Shown piece after piece: positions 38,127 to 51,105 of a stretch of DNA of 64,000 nt. Every line of letters begins with the position of its first letter. Position 1 is the first letter of the stretch. The notes beneath the pieces were generated by a model. The model had not been told where the DNA came from, searched no databases, and was given only the letters and a program-made list of their open reading frames with translations. Location of the stretch: the NCBI RefSeq assembly GCF_963921235.1, contig NC_086108.1, positions 9,362,001-9,426,000 on the forward strand. Direction: 5' to 3'. A program made the translations under genes and the position numbers. This DNA comes from Mobula hypostoma (lineage: Eukaryota).

Positions 38127-38539
38127 CTTCAGATGAACTGGAAGTTGCCCTCTGGTGCCATCTGCTTGGTAAAATCTAATCAAATCTTACCCATTGAACC
38201 CTGTGTTGGGTGTGTATCTGGCAATGGATTGTAACACATTGGAATATCGCTCAGTCCTCAGGATGTCCCGTGGGAGTCAGTCTGTAGAGGGTAACTACAG
38301 AACTGGTGTTGGGCAGGATGGAGTGAGGCGTGTGACTGCTCCGAGACATGGGGTTCAGAGTGTCCCCTCAACAGTCCATTGAGTGCAAGTCACCTCTGGG
38401 GTCAGATCACTCAGATTCACTCTCTCTCATCAACATCTTGACAGTGAGAGAAGCTGCAGTCTTCCCCTTGTCTGCACAGCTCCATAAGGAGAAATCCAGT
38501 GGTGAGATTGGCTTTATTAGCATACAGTAAAATGTGCCA

Positions 38540-40530
38540 TTTACATCAAGTCAAATCAGTGCCGATTGTGCACGGCAGCTCACAATTCATAGCAGGAAAG
38601 GGCATGTCCTGGGTGATCAGGGTCCTTAATGATGGATGCCACCTTTTTGAAGCATTGCCTTCTGAAGATGTCCTCGATGCTGGGAAGTCTGGTGCCCATC
38701 TTGGAGCTGGCTGAATTTGCAACTTTCTGCAGCTTTTTCCAATCCTGTGCAGTGGCCCCTCCATACCAGATGATGATGCAACCAGTTAGAATACTCTCCA
38801 CAGTACATCTGTAGAAATTTGCTCGTTTTTGGTGACATACCAAACTTCCTCAAACTCCTAATGAAATTTAGCCACTAATCTGCCTTCTTTGTAATTGCAT
38901 CAGTATTTTGGCCCAAGATAGATTATCTGAGATGTTGATACCCAGGAACTTGAAGCTGCTTGCCCCTTCCACTGCCGCTGATCCCGCGATGAGGACTGGT
39001 ATGTGTTCCCTTGACTTCCTCTTCCTGAAGTCCACAATCAATTCTTTGTTCTTACAGACATCGAGTGCAAGGTTATTGAAACGGCTTCACTCATCCAGCT
39101 GATCTATCATGTTCCTGTACGCCTCCTCATCACTATCTGAGATTCTGCTTATAACAGTCGCATTATCAGCAAACTTAGGAAAGACATTTGAGCTGTGAGT
39201 AGTCACATAGTCATGCGTGTAGAGAGAGTAGAGCAGTGGGTATCGTACACATCCTTGACATGCGCCAATATTGATTGTCAGCAAGGAGATGTTATTTCCA
39301 ATCAACACTGACTGTGGTCTCCTAAATAGGAAGTCAAGGATCCGGTTGCAGAGGGAGGTTCAGAGGCCCAGGTTTTGAAGCTTTTTGCTTAGTACAGCAG
39401 CCTGGCATGGGTATTGCTATTGTCCAGGAGGTCCAAGGCCGAGTGGACAGCCTGTGAGACTGCATCCGTTCTAGACCTATTGTGGTGATAGAAAATTGCA
39501 GTGGGTCCAGGCCCTTGCTTAGATAGGCGTTGATTCTAGCATGATCAATATTTCTTCATCACCATAGATGTGAGTGCAACTGGACTATAGTCATTGAGGC
39601 AGCTCACCCTGCTCTTGGGCACTGTTATAACTGACGCCCTCTTGAAGCAGTTGAGAACTTCTGACTGTAGCAGTGAGAGACTGAGGATATCCTTGAACAC
39701 ACCTGCCAATTGATTAGCACGTTTCCCAAGCCCTACCACATACACCATCAGGGCTGACGACTTGCGAGGGTTCATCCTCTTGGAAAGACTTTCTGATGTC
39801 AGCCTCTGAGACAGAGATCACAGGGTCATCAGATGCTGTAGGGATTCGCACAGGTGTAGTTTTATTGTACCTTTCAAAGCGTGCATAAAAGGTGTTGAGC
39901 TCATCTAGAAATGAAGAATCACAGCCATTCACGATGTTACATTTTGCTTTGTAGGAAATAATGGCTTAAAAATACTGCCAGAGTTGATGTGCATCTGATC
40001 CCATCTTTAACTTCAATTGAAATTGCTTTCTCGCTGTTAAAATAGCCTTCTATAGGTCGTATCCGGACTTCTTGTATATTTCTGGATCATTGGTCTTGAA
40101 TGATCTCCTGGTTCATCCATGGCTTTTAATTTGGGTATGTCCAGTACGTTCTTAAGGCACACAATCATCCACACAGGTATTGATAAAGTCATTAACAACC
40201 GTAGCATATTCATTCAGATTCAAAAATGAATCCCTGAATATTGTCCAGTCCACTGACTCAAAGTCCTCCTCCACCTCCTTGACCATACTCTTGTCCTCAC
40301 TGCTGCTGCTTTGGTCTTTAGTCTCTGCCTATATGCCAAGTAGAAGTACAGGCAGGTGACTGGATTTTTCAAAATGTGCGCTTGGGATGGCACAGTAAGT
40401 GTTCTTGATAGTGGTCTAACAGTGGTCAAGTGTGTTGGTTTCTCTGGTTCCTTAGTGATATGTTGGTGATAAGTTGGTCAGAGACTTCCTCAAACTGGCC
40501 TGGTTGAAATCCTCCCGCAATGATCAGGCT
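38540..40530 (-). mobile_element. Degenerate Rex1/Babar-like LINE
   Basis: FYRCTVESILTGCIIIWYG, KFADNATV, CLNDYSPVALTS and FLDELNTFYARFE. Confidence 0.8.
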
Positions 40531-40998
40531 CCCCTCATAGTCCCCTTAAACATGTCACCTTTCACCCTTAATCCATGACCCCTGGTTGTAGTCCCACCCC
40601 AACCTCAGTGCAAAAAGCCTGCTTGCATTTACCCTATCTATACCCCTCATAATTTTGTATCTCACTATCAAGTCTCCCCGCAACCTTCTAAATTCCGGAA
40701 GTAAATCTATTTAATCTTATAACTCAGGTCCTCCAGACCCAGCAACATCCTTATAAATTTCCTCTGTACCCTATCTTATTTACACCTTTCCTGTTGGCAG
40801 GTGACCAAAACTACACAAAACACTCAAAATTAGGCCTCACCAACATCTTATAAAACTTCAACAAACATCCCAAAGTACTCAGTACTTTGATTTATGAAGG
40901 CCAGTGTGGCACAAGCTTTTTCATTCTGATTATTTTGATGTTGCGATAAACTAACAGCAACCCTGATGACACATGGATATTTATTCTGCCTATTTCAG

Positions 40999-41197
40999 AG
41001 TATTTGAAAAAGTGAAAAGTCGAAACGCCCACATGAAATGCCACAGACAACAAGAGGAACAAGAAAGGCAGGAGAAGATGAAACGATCAAGAATTCGGTT
41101 GAAAGTTGAGATAAAGGAGGAACCAGAGGAGGCGGTTGTAGTCTTCGACCCAAACAATCTGCCTGACATCACCAAACCATTGGGAGCTCACCACTAG
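40999..41197 (+). CDS. ZNF541: ZNF541-like terminal coding exon, K-VFEKVKSRNAHMKCHRQQEEQERQ...PLGAHH*
   Basis: tatttcag acceptor in phase 2 completes the finger CKECTKVFEKVKSRNAHMKCH. TAG stop at 41195-41197. Confidence 0.9.
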
Positions 41198-41211
41198 CTG
41201 GCAAAGGTAAA

Positions 41212-41400
41212 CCCAGGACAGTGGAGTGGTGTGGCACAGTTGCCTGTGCTGTACCTATAGAGACTGTGGACTGAAGATGTTCTTTGGGATATAAATATCT
41301 GCTTCCCCAGGACAGTGGAGTGATGTGGCACAGTTGCCTGTGCTGTTATAGAGACTATGGACTGAGGATGTTCTTTGGGATATAAATATCTGCTTCCAGG
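41212..41400 (+). repeat. Tandem duplication of about 94 bp just after the stop codon
   Basis: CCCAGGACAGTGGAGTG.TGTGGCACAGTTGCCTGTGCTGT...ATCTGCTTCC starting at 41212 and 41306. Confidence 0.9.
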
Positions 41401-43098
41401 TACTTTTAACTCAAAGTTAGGGATGACGTCCATTGTTGCTGAGTATTGATATATTGAGTCCAGACTGCACCAATGTCCTCAGCCCAACATGTTCCAACCA
41501 GTCTAGACACCAGAATTTAAAGTCAATTCTTTTACTCTTTTTAGTCAGAGGTACTGAGCACAAATCCAGCATTCCAGTTTAACCAGGCTAGAAAAATTCT
41601 TTACTTAGTTACCTCTGGTTTTGTAGTTTTTTAAAAACAAGTGTTTTTGACAGATTGCTGATATTGTCATTGTTTTACCTGTGGGTAATGAGAACTGCTG
41701 TTGTCACTCAATCGAACCTTTTAATAGAGTGTTTTAAGATTTTAAAAATTGTTGAAGTTTGAATTGTTTTAAACAGCAAGCGGGGCCTGGCCGGTGAAGG
41801 CACTCCCGCTGTCCCTCAACTTCTATATCACCTCAGACGTTTTTTAACCAAGGACAATCACAAAGATTCCTTGGCCAAATCGCTGTTGGGTTTTGCATGC
41901 TATTTTAAAGAGTATAAGGGTAGCCTAGCATGAGATCCGCCGTTAGCAGACGGATGGCCTCCGCGATATGCAACCAGCTAAAACCTCCTATACGTGAGGA
42001 ACAGTACAGCTGTGTGTATGTGTATAACAATAAACCAAGTGCGAACAAGGCAAAAATTGGAAACGGAGCATTTTAACTATTGATTTTACAGTGAGGAGCT
42101 TAAAAATATTGTGCTTACCTTCACGAAAGTCCACAGCATTCTGTCCTGTGGTTTCCTTACCTTCTGTTTAAGTCTGAGAAACTGTAGTTTCACTATAGCC
42201 TCACTATATAGAGGATTCACTGATTTACAGAGCCTACTAACCGTAGGAACGAGCCCCATCATCTAAATCTGAACTCACCTAAAAACACTTGAACAGTGAA
42301 AATCTGAAATTATATCAATCCAGCTGAAATTAGAACAAGTCAGCCTCTGACCATTAAATGTTGATGTGCATACCTCTGACACTAACCCTTTAGCTGTTGT
42401 CGAGACAGTGTGCAGATCCAGTGACCCTCCATTTAGGGGCACAGATTAGAGTTTCAGTACTCCACAGTGGCTCTAGGGCTAAAGTGACAAGACTGGAAAT
42501 GCATTGAGACACCAGAGCAGCTACACACACTCTCCAGCTCGTTTGATTGTAGAAAAATACAGATACCTGTTAAACAGGCTAAAAATCACCGGGTGCAGCA
42601 AGTATCAAACTTCAGTTCAAAAAGTCTTTGATCATAAATTCACCCAATAAACCACAGTTTCCTAACAGATTTAAAACTGTAAGTATGTTATGCACCAATC
42701 ATCTTACTTTTGTATTTGTACATTGTGTATAAATAACTGCAAAAGGTAATTCATCGGTTTCCAGAAACTTCCCGTGAGAATGGATTTTTTTTTTTCCTTT
42801 TTTGCCACTAAATTCAGCTTTCATTTTGTGAACGAGTGTTTGCACTGTGAGTTTGTACACTTACTTTGGAGAATTGTAATACAAAGGGAGTTGAGGTCTC
42901 TCTCTGATCCAGTTGATTACCTTGGTTCTGCCTCAAAGCAATGTGCAAGAGTTAAGAGCATTGACATGTTACAATTTTATAGTTGTTTTGTTTGTGGGTA
43001 AAAACACTTTAAAACAATCATTCACGTGAAAACCCACGGATGCTGTAAATCACAAAACCCTGGAGTTAACTTTCTTCCAAGGTGTGCAGGATTGTTTC

Positions 43099-43108
43099 AA
43101 TAAATAAA
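43099..43108 (+). terminator. Polyadenylation signal (overlapping AATAAA)
   Basis: AATAAATAAA followed by GTTGACTGTTTGGGAGTGTTGTG. Confidence 0.6.
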
Positions 43109-43189
43109 ATGTTGACTGTTTGGGAGTGTTGTGATTTATGAGTGTCTATACAACTGCTTCAAATCTCTACTACTGGATCCTCGTCTTCC

Positions 43190-44115
43190 TCACCAGGAGA
43201 CCAACATCTCCTCGCTGACGGTCAACACCAGTGTGCTGTACTCTCTAACACCCCCGACTGCATGGCTGTGCGAAGCTCAAACACCATCGATAAATTTGCT
43301 GATGACGCAACTATTGTTGGCAGAATTTCAGATAGCGACAAGGAAGCGTACAGGGGTGAGATTGATCAGCTGGCCGAGTAGTGTCACAACAACCTTGCAC
43401 TCAACGTCAGTAAGACCAAGGAATTGATTGTGACCGTCAGGAAGGGGAAGTTGAGGGAGCACATACCAGTCCTCATTCAGGGATCGGCAGTGGAAAGGGT
43501 GAGCAGTTTCCAGTTCCTGGGTGCCCACATCTCTGAAAATCTGTCCAGAGTCCAGCACATTGATGCAATTACAAAGAACACACATCAGTGGCTATAGTTC
43601 ATGCGGAGTTTGAGGAGACTTGGTATGTCACCAGACGTACATTTCTACAGATGTTTCATGGAGAGCATTCTAACTGACTGCATCACTGTCTGGTATGGAG
43701 GGGTCACTGCACAGGATCAGAAGAGGCTGTAGAAAGCTGTAAACGCAAGTATGCTCCATCTGCACAAGATACCCAGTATCCAGGACAAAACCCAAAAGTT
43801 AATGCCTCAAACGGACCCCTATCACCCAGGACGTTCCCTCTTCTCATTGCTACGGTTACCAAGGAGGTGCGAGGGCCTACAGACACACACTCAACGTTTC
43901 AGGTACAGCTTCTTCCCCTTTGCCATCAGATTTCTGAGTGGACACTGAACCCATGGACACCACCTCATTTCTCTCTTTTTTGCATTACTCATATTTATTT
44001 TTTTATATATATGTATAGTAATTTATATTTTATTATGCATTGCAATGTACTGCTGCCACAAAACAACAAATTTCATGCCCCATAGTATGCCAGTGACAGT
44101 AAATCGGATTCTGAA
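43190..44115 (+). mobile_element. Rex1/Babar-like LINE 3' fragment between the two gene ends
   Basis: KFADDATIVGRISDSDKEAYRGEIDQL, ESILT-type segment and a GATTCTGA tail. Confidence 0.8.
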
Positions 44116-44447
44116 ATGTCTTTTCACTCCTTGAAGAAAAACACTCAGCCTACTGAGGGGAAAACTCAGGTAGAGACACAAGAATACTCTGATCCAATCT
44201 CCCTCACATCTGGTGCCACCTCACCGGGGCCCCAATGGACTTTTCACCCATTAGCCAGAATGTAGCCACACTGCTGTCTGTAGCAAGGACTGAACAGTAA
44301 GGTCTGTAGAATTTCCCAATCCTCCTGTAGGACAGAGTTAAATTGGAGCTATATCCTGCTTCTAGGGAGGAACCTACAGCAAAAACAAGATACTACCCAG
44401 CCTCAGACTCCATTTTCTTATAATGAAAAGCCAACTCAATGAAACAG

Positions 44448-44470
44448 TTTAATATTAAAACATCTTTAAT
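44448..44470 (-). terminator. Candidate ERH polyadenylation signals (ATTAAA x2)
   Basis: TTTAAT on + at 44448 and 44465, about 620 nt past the ERH stop. Confidence 0.45.
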
Positions 44471-45084
44471 CTGCAAAAATCACAAATACAACCAGAGAAA
44501 GCAAGAATAAAGGTTACTGGATAAGGAGACCTTTGTCTGGCAGATACGCAGCATGTCCCTAAGGGAAGTTTCAGTGTTCTAGGAAGCGCGTCTAACCAAA
44601 ATGTCATTTCCTAACAACCACACTTAGCGTCGCGCTAAGGATATCACAGAAAAAAGTGTTTGCAAAACCACTAACAACGAGTTGTCCTGCATGCAAGAAA
44701 ACTGGACGTCTGAACAGATGACAGGCAAGTTTGTCAGGGTCCTTGCCAGGAAAAAAAGCATCAAAGGGTTCATATGACATTACTTGCATCTAGGATGCTA
44801 TTAAGAACATACAAGACTCTTCATTGCATTGAACACGGGTCTATCTTAAAACAGCAATGCATGATTTTTCTAAAAAAAAGAGCTAATGGATGGTGGTCGG
44901 GGGGGGGGAGACAGGGAAAAAATTCAAAATTATTTCTACAAAAATACCTCAGATCTCGAATCAGTGTACTTAGGTACAGCCGAGACCTGGAGAGGAACAT
45001 CTGTGAACTACAAAGAAAAAAGAACACAAATTGGTAGAACCGCTCTCTCCGAGCCAAGCATGGATCAGAAGAGACAGGCCAAAG

Positions 45085-45187
45085 TTATTTCCCTGCCTGC
45101 TGTGCCTGCCGGCGAAGCAGAATGTAGATCTTCTCCTTCAGCCAGTCCTTATTGTACGGCTGGTACGTCTGTGTGTCTGCTCGGTAA
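45085..45187 (-). CDS. ERH: ERH exon 4, V-YRADTQTYQPYNKDWLKEKIYILLRRQAQQAGK*
   Basis: ttccacag acceptor; 103 nt to the TAA stop. Confidence 0.97.
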
Positions 45188-46529
45188 CTGTGGAACAAAA
45201 CAAATACACTTAGTTTAATATGCTTCATCAGAATATCAACAGGAGCTTTGGTATCGAGTGTTGAAAAGCCCAAATAGAGTGGACGAGGAGAGGATATTCC
45301 CCATAGTGGGGGAGTCTAGGACCAGAGGGCACCGCCTCAGAATAAAGGGACATACATTTAGAAGAGAGATGGGACAGAACTTCTGTAGACAAAGGATGGT
45401 GAACCTTTGTAATTCATTGCTGCAGACAGTCTGGGTATATTTAAACCAAAGGTTAAGTTCTTCATTAGTAAGGGTGTCAAAGGTTACAGGAGAATGGGGC
45501 TCAGAGGGATAGTAAATCAGCCATGATGGAGCAGCAGAGCAGATTCAATGGGCTGAATGGCCTAATTCTGCTCTTATGACATTGTCTTAAACAGATACTA
45601 CACCTCAGCTTCCTCCTGATATCCCCACAATGACAGATGTTGATTCTTTGAGCAATTGAATTCACTGCCATGTGCCCACATGAAGTGAGACAGCAGTGGA
45701 TGACACAGAAGGCTTGGGTACCAGACCATGGGACTGAAGACCTGTCCTCCAGGAGAGGAACAACATATTCATGCACAGAAAGTGCCACACACTGATCATA
45801 AACAGGAGAGACTCTCAACACCCCAACAATGTTCAGGGATGTCACAGTACTGACTGGAAAATGACCAGCCACAAGGCTTGGACCAGGCAAGGAGCAGCAA
45901 GTGACTTGCCCCGAGAGAACAGGACAGAGCAGCCTCTGCGATCGGTATCCCACCCACCTGTAGAAAGTTAGGAACTCCGCCAGCTCCATCACAGGCTCTA
46001 GCCTCCTGAGGATTGAAGATACTTACAAAAGGTGGTGTCCATCATTAAGGACCCCATCACCCAGGCCATGCCCTCTTCTCATTGCTACCATCAGCGAGGA
46101 GGTACAGAAGTGTGAAGACACACACTGAACGATTCAGGAACAGCTTCTCCCCCTCTGCCATCCCATTTCTGAATGGGCAATGAACCCATGAGCACTACCT
46201 CGCTATTTTTTCTATTTCTATTTTTGCACTACTTAATATATACTTGGTATTGTAATTTATAGTTTTTTTTATTATGTGTTGCATTGTACTGCTTCTGCAT
46301 ACAACAAATTTCACGACGTATACCGCTGATATTAAAACTATATTTGATTCGTATTTAGGTTGGATGAATTCGGAATCTGGGTGAGCTTTTAAGCCTGATT
46401 CTTGCACTTGTGGGACCAGGCCTGGTCTGACAAACCTGCTCCCAACATTCCACCCAGCTGCTCGATTCAGCACCCCATTAACACCAGGAATTACTGGGAC
46501 TCAATTTAAAATGGATCCGATCAACACAT

Positions 46530-46885
46530 CGGGGGGGGGGGGTGATGTCTGAATAAAAAGGGAAAGGAGGCTGGCCAGGTGGGTGGGAAAGGTCAACAGC
46601 TGGAGAGGAAGGAATCTGATAGGAGAGTAGAGAAAAGGAAGGAGGAGGGACCCCAGGGGGAGGTGATAGGCAGGAGAGGGGAATAGAAGTGGTTGCAGGG
46701 TGGGGGGAATTTGTGATTTTTTTCACCAGGAGAAATCAATATTCATGCCATCAAGTTGGTGGGTACGCAGACAGAATACAAGGTGTTGCTCCTCCACCTG
46801 AGGGGGGCCTCATCTTGGCACAAGAGGCAGCTACGGACCCAGAACAGGAATGGGATTCAAAATTAAAATGTTTGGCCACTGAAAT
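46530..46885 (-). mobile_element. Penelope-like remnant flanked by a diverged direct repeat of about 75 bp
   Basis: Homologous to 34525-35010. Flanks 46451-46524 and 46888-46963 are similar to each other. Confidence 0.65.
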
Positions 46886-48051
46886 TGCACCACAGCTCCT
46901 CAATTCAGCATCCCATTAACACTGGGAATTATTAGGGGCTCAATTCAAACTGGATCTGACCAAACTGCTTTTCAGTGACTTTACACTCGCCAAGAAGCCC
47001 ATTCAGACCTGTACTGCTAGTAATCAGATCCACATCTTACAGTTAGAACGCCATACGCCTGCTCTCCGTTTGCTGCCTCTTTGATAAGTACTTAGCTAGC
47101 CCTACACTGGTAGACTAACTCCACAAACAGGTACAATGTATTCATAATCCATCAGTTAGTGGGGTTTGTATCCGGTGGCCTCAGGAAGCTGTGTTCAGAA
47201 TCAGGTTTAATTAAATAAGTTGTGCAAAAATAGCGAGGTAGTGTTCACGGGTTCGATGTCCATTCAGAAATCGGATGGCAGGGGGGGAAGAAGCTGTTCC
47301 TGAATCATTGAGCGTGCATCTTCTGTACCTCTTCCCTGATGGTTCAATGAGAACAGGGCATGACCTGGGTGATGGGGGTCCTTAATGATAGACACCGCCT
47401 TTTTGAGTCATCACTTCTTGAAGATGTCCTGGATACTATGGAGGTTAGTGCCCATGATGGAGCTACTCTCTGCAGCTTAATTCAATCCTGTGCAGTTGCC
47501 TCCCGCCCCCACCCCCAGACGGTGGTGCAGCAGTTAGAATGCTCTTCATGGCACATCTGTAGAAACTTGCGAATGTTTTGGGTGACAAAACAAATCTCAA
47601 GTTCTTAAAAGTAGCTTTGCCACTCCTGAGTAACGAGGTGAACGTTGGATAAATTTCACGTAAGACTTAAGTGTATAAAAATCCCAAATGAGCAGAGCCT
47701 CAAAGGCCAGCACAGAGGGGCGAAGCTGAAATACAGGAGGTGAATCTCTAACTCTAGTAGAAAATGCAAAGTCCTGAGGACCAAATGGAAGCAACGGACT
47801 TCCCTGGAGTGACAAGGCTAATGGTTAACCAAGGTATTGCAAAGGAATTCAAATAGAGATCGGCTGCAGGAGACAACAGACGCTGGAATCTGGAGCAACA
47901 AACAATCTGCAGGAGGAAGTCGGCAGGTCGAGCAGTGTCTGTAGGAGGAGAGGAATTGTCTTGTTTCAGGTGGAAATCCTGCATTAGGACTTGTCCCTCT
48001 GTTCGAGGGCTGAAAGACCTCTGCTGAGACACAACTGGCAACTGCACTTAC

Positions 48052-48172
48052 ACGAGACAGCTCAGGTCAGCAAGGTCGTCAATGAAGTCGAAGAGTTGGC
48101 TGATGTCGTATGTGATAGAGGGGCTGTTGGGGTTCATCCGTTTCAGATGCTCTTCAAACATTTTACAGACAC
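48052..48172 (-). CDS. ERH: ERH exon 3, [41 protein letters not shown]
   Basis: ccatag acceptor and gtaagt donor; 121 nt, phase 1 to 2. Not in the ORF track. Confidence 0.97.
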
Positions 48173-50259
48173 CTATGGACAAACAAACAAACACAAACTT
48201 AATGTATTTAACACCCAACTTGATGCAAAACCTTTAATGCACGAGCAATGGATGCAAGCTGAATTGCCTCCCCTCATGATGCATAACTTGGCACTCCCTC
48301 CCAGCTCATTACCTCCCTCAAAGGGGAAACAATCGGAGAAATCACGGCAGAAACAACAAAATGACTGAGGGACGTTATCAAATGAACTTTAAGTGATGCC
48401 AGGGCAAACGATGTTTGGTCTCAGGTCAATTGATTTAAACTCTTTATTGAGGATCCAACAGTAACTTCTTATTAGAGCTGGAAATATTCCGTTTGACAGG
48501 CAACAGATCTGAAAGGAAACATTTCCAATTGCAGACTTCCACAGCATGGAAACAGGCCCTGCTACCCAACTCATGCTTGCTGACTGCACTGTCCAGTGAG
48601 CTAGTCCCATCTGCCCACCTCTGGCCTATAGCCCTCGAGACAAAGCACAGAACCAGCTCTTCCAGCTGCACCACCCAGCAGCCTCCGATTTAATCCCAGC
48701 CTAATCACGGGACAATTTGCAGTGACCAATTAACCTACCAATCGGTACGTCTTTGGACTGTGGGAGGAAACTCTCACGGTCACGGGGAGAATGTACAGAC
48801 AGCAGTGAGAATTGAACCTGGGCTGCCTGTACTGTAAAGCTGTGCGCTCTCCACATGCCTCGAAACCTCTGCTCTCCATGTACATACCTACACGTTGCTA
48901 ATGCGCCCACCTCAACCCACTACTTCTGGCAGCTCATTCCAAATACGTGAATAAACTGCGAATATCCTTTAAATCTCTTGCCTCTGGTCGTAAACCTATG
49001 CCCCCTTTTCAGTTATCACCCTCTCCAAGTGCACTCACCAACAGCTTATACCAAAACTTCCCAACTTCTGTGCCCGATGTTATGACCGACAAAGGCCAGT
49101 GTCGCCTTCTTCACCTGCACTGGTTGGCAATCAGACTCCTTCTGACAGATGTTATCCAAAATAATACGGCTTTTTCCCAATTTCAAGGATTTCCAGCAGC
49201 CTTTGTTGCTCATTAAACAAGTAAGCGTGGGGTGGCACGGCAGCATAGTGGCTAGCACAAGGCTTTACAGTACCAGCATCCTGAGTTCAATTGCCCCCGC
49301 CGCCTGCATGGAGTTTGCACATTCTCCCCGTGACCGTGTGGGTTTTCCCCAACAGTCCAAACACACCAGTGATAGATTAATTGATCACTGTAAGTTGTCT
49401 TGTGATTAGGCTAGGATTAAATCAGGAGATTGCTGAGCGGTAAAGTTCAAAAAGCTTATTCCACGCTGTATCACACTAAATAAATAATCAGGATTTGACC
49501 ACACTCCAAACCTCACAGAGAGGTGAATACAAACAGCCTCAGCGGAGAAGCAGCATTGATGATTCTGCCTGGGAGATTCAGAGGCCTGCTGAGAGCCAAG
49601 AGAGGAATGGATGAGGGACTAGAGACCTCAGGAGTCTACTTGGGCTGAGCAGTTAATAACAAAGTAGAGGAGGTGTGAGAGGCAGCAGACACTGGGGTCT
49701 GGAGCAACAGACAATCTGCTGGATGAACCCAGCAGGTCGAGCAGCGTGTGTGGGTGAAAGGAATAGTTTCTGCTCCGGGACTATTTGCAGTGCTTCAAGG
49801 ATTTAAATAACTTGCCTCAGCACAGAACCTAAACTAACTTGGGACGTCTTAAAGTTACATATTATATAAACACGAGAAATTCTGTAGATGCTGGAAATCC
49901 ACAGCACACACAAAATGCTGGTGGAATTCAGCAGATCAGGCAGCATCTGTGGAGAGGAATAAACAGTCGACATGTCAGGCTGAGACCCTTCATCAGAACT
50001 CTCAAATGAAGGAGCTCATCCCAAAATGTCAACTCCTTTTTCCCTTTCCACAGATTCTGTCTATTCCCATTTCACTCCATTGCTCAACACACCGAGTTCC
50101 TCCAGCTGGTTGTCTGTCGGCCCAGAAATCTAAAACAGTGCCTGGGCTTAGGTGCAAGTTAGAAATGACCAGGTTGCCCCAACTCCCAGTTACAGCTCGG
50201 TAATGAAGCAGAGAATAATACACCTCACATTTCTGGTCAGATTAAGTGGAGTACTCTAC

Positions 50260-50347
50260 CTTCCATACACTCATTGACAGATTCATAGTCGGCATACGTC
50301 CTGCCTTCTGGTCGTTTTGTGGGCTGCACCAGCAGGATGGTGTGTGA
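50260..50347 (-). CDS. ERH: ERH exon 2, [30 protein letters not shown]
   Basis: cttttcag acceptor and gtagag donor; 88 nt, phase 0 to 1. Confidence 0.97.
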
Positions 50348-50454
50348 CTGAAAAGAGTGAGGCGATGAGTGTCTGAGTAATGGTCTGCTCAACTCCTCCG
50401 TCACCGATTCAGTATCCCTGGCCTCCACACCCCAATCTCCTCAGGTTGGCTAAG

Positions 50455-51105
50455 TCTCTTCTCCCCTCCCTCCCCCTACCTCTCCTCCTTCCTATCCATT
50501 CCACTTCTCCCTGTCCTTCACCCTCACCCACCAACCCCTCTCCCTCCCTCACTAACCCCTCTCCCACCCTAACCTCTCTATCCCCTCCCTCCTACCCCCA
50601 CTACCCCCTCTCCCTCCCTCCCCCACTACCCCCTCTCCCACCCTATCCCCTCCCCTCCCTCCCCCACTACCCCCTCCCTTCCTCCCCCACTAACCCCTCT
50701 CCCACCCTCCCCCACTAACCCCTCCCACCCTCCCCCACTAACCCCTCTCCCTCTCTCCCCCACCAACCCCTCTACCTCTCTCCCCCACCAGCCCCGCTCC
50801 CTCTCCCACCCTATCCCCTCCCCTCCCTCCCCCACCACCCCCTCTCCCTCTCCCACCCTATCCCCTCCCCTCCCTCCCCCACCACCCCCTCTCCCTCTCC
50901 CACCCTATCCCCTCCCCCACTACCCCCTCCCTCACCCTCCCTCCCCACCACCCCTCTCCCTCCCCCACCACCTCTCCCTCTCCCACCCTATCCCCTCCCC
51001 TCCCTCCCCCACTACCCCCTCTCACCCTCCCCCACTATCCCCTCTCCCTCCCTCACTACCTCCCTATCCCCTCCCCTCCCTCCCCCACTACCCCCTCTCA
51101 TTTCC
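50455..51105 (-). repeat. G-rich (minus strand) low-complexity tract in ERH intron 1
   Basis: Dozens of C3-C5 runs on +, with recurring units CCCTATCCCCTCCCCTCCCTCCCCCAC. Confidence 0.9.

Larger units (their letters stand above)
41198..43125 (+). other. Probable 3' UTR of the ZNF541-like gene
   Basis: About 1.9 kb, AT-rich, no recognisable transposon, ending at AATAAATAAA plus a GU-rich element. Confidence 0.6.

Noticed and set aside
38145..38162. Second CTCF-like motif (TGGCACCAGAGGGCAA on -)
   Set aside because: It lies in the 5' end of a dispersed repeat and has no independent support.
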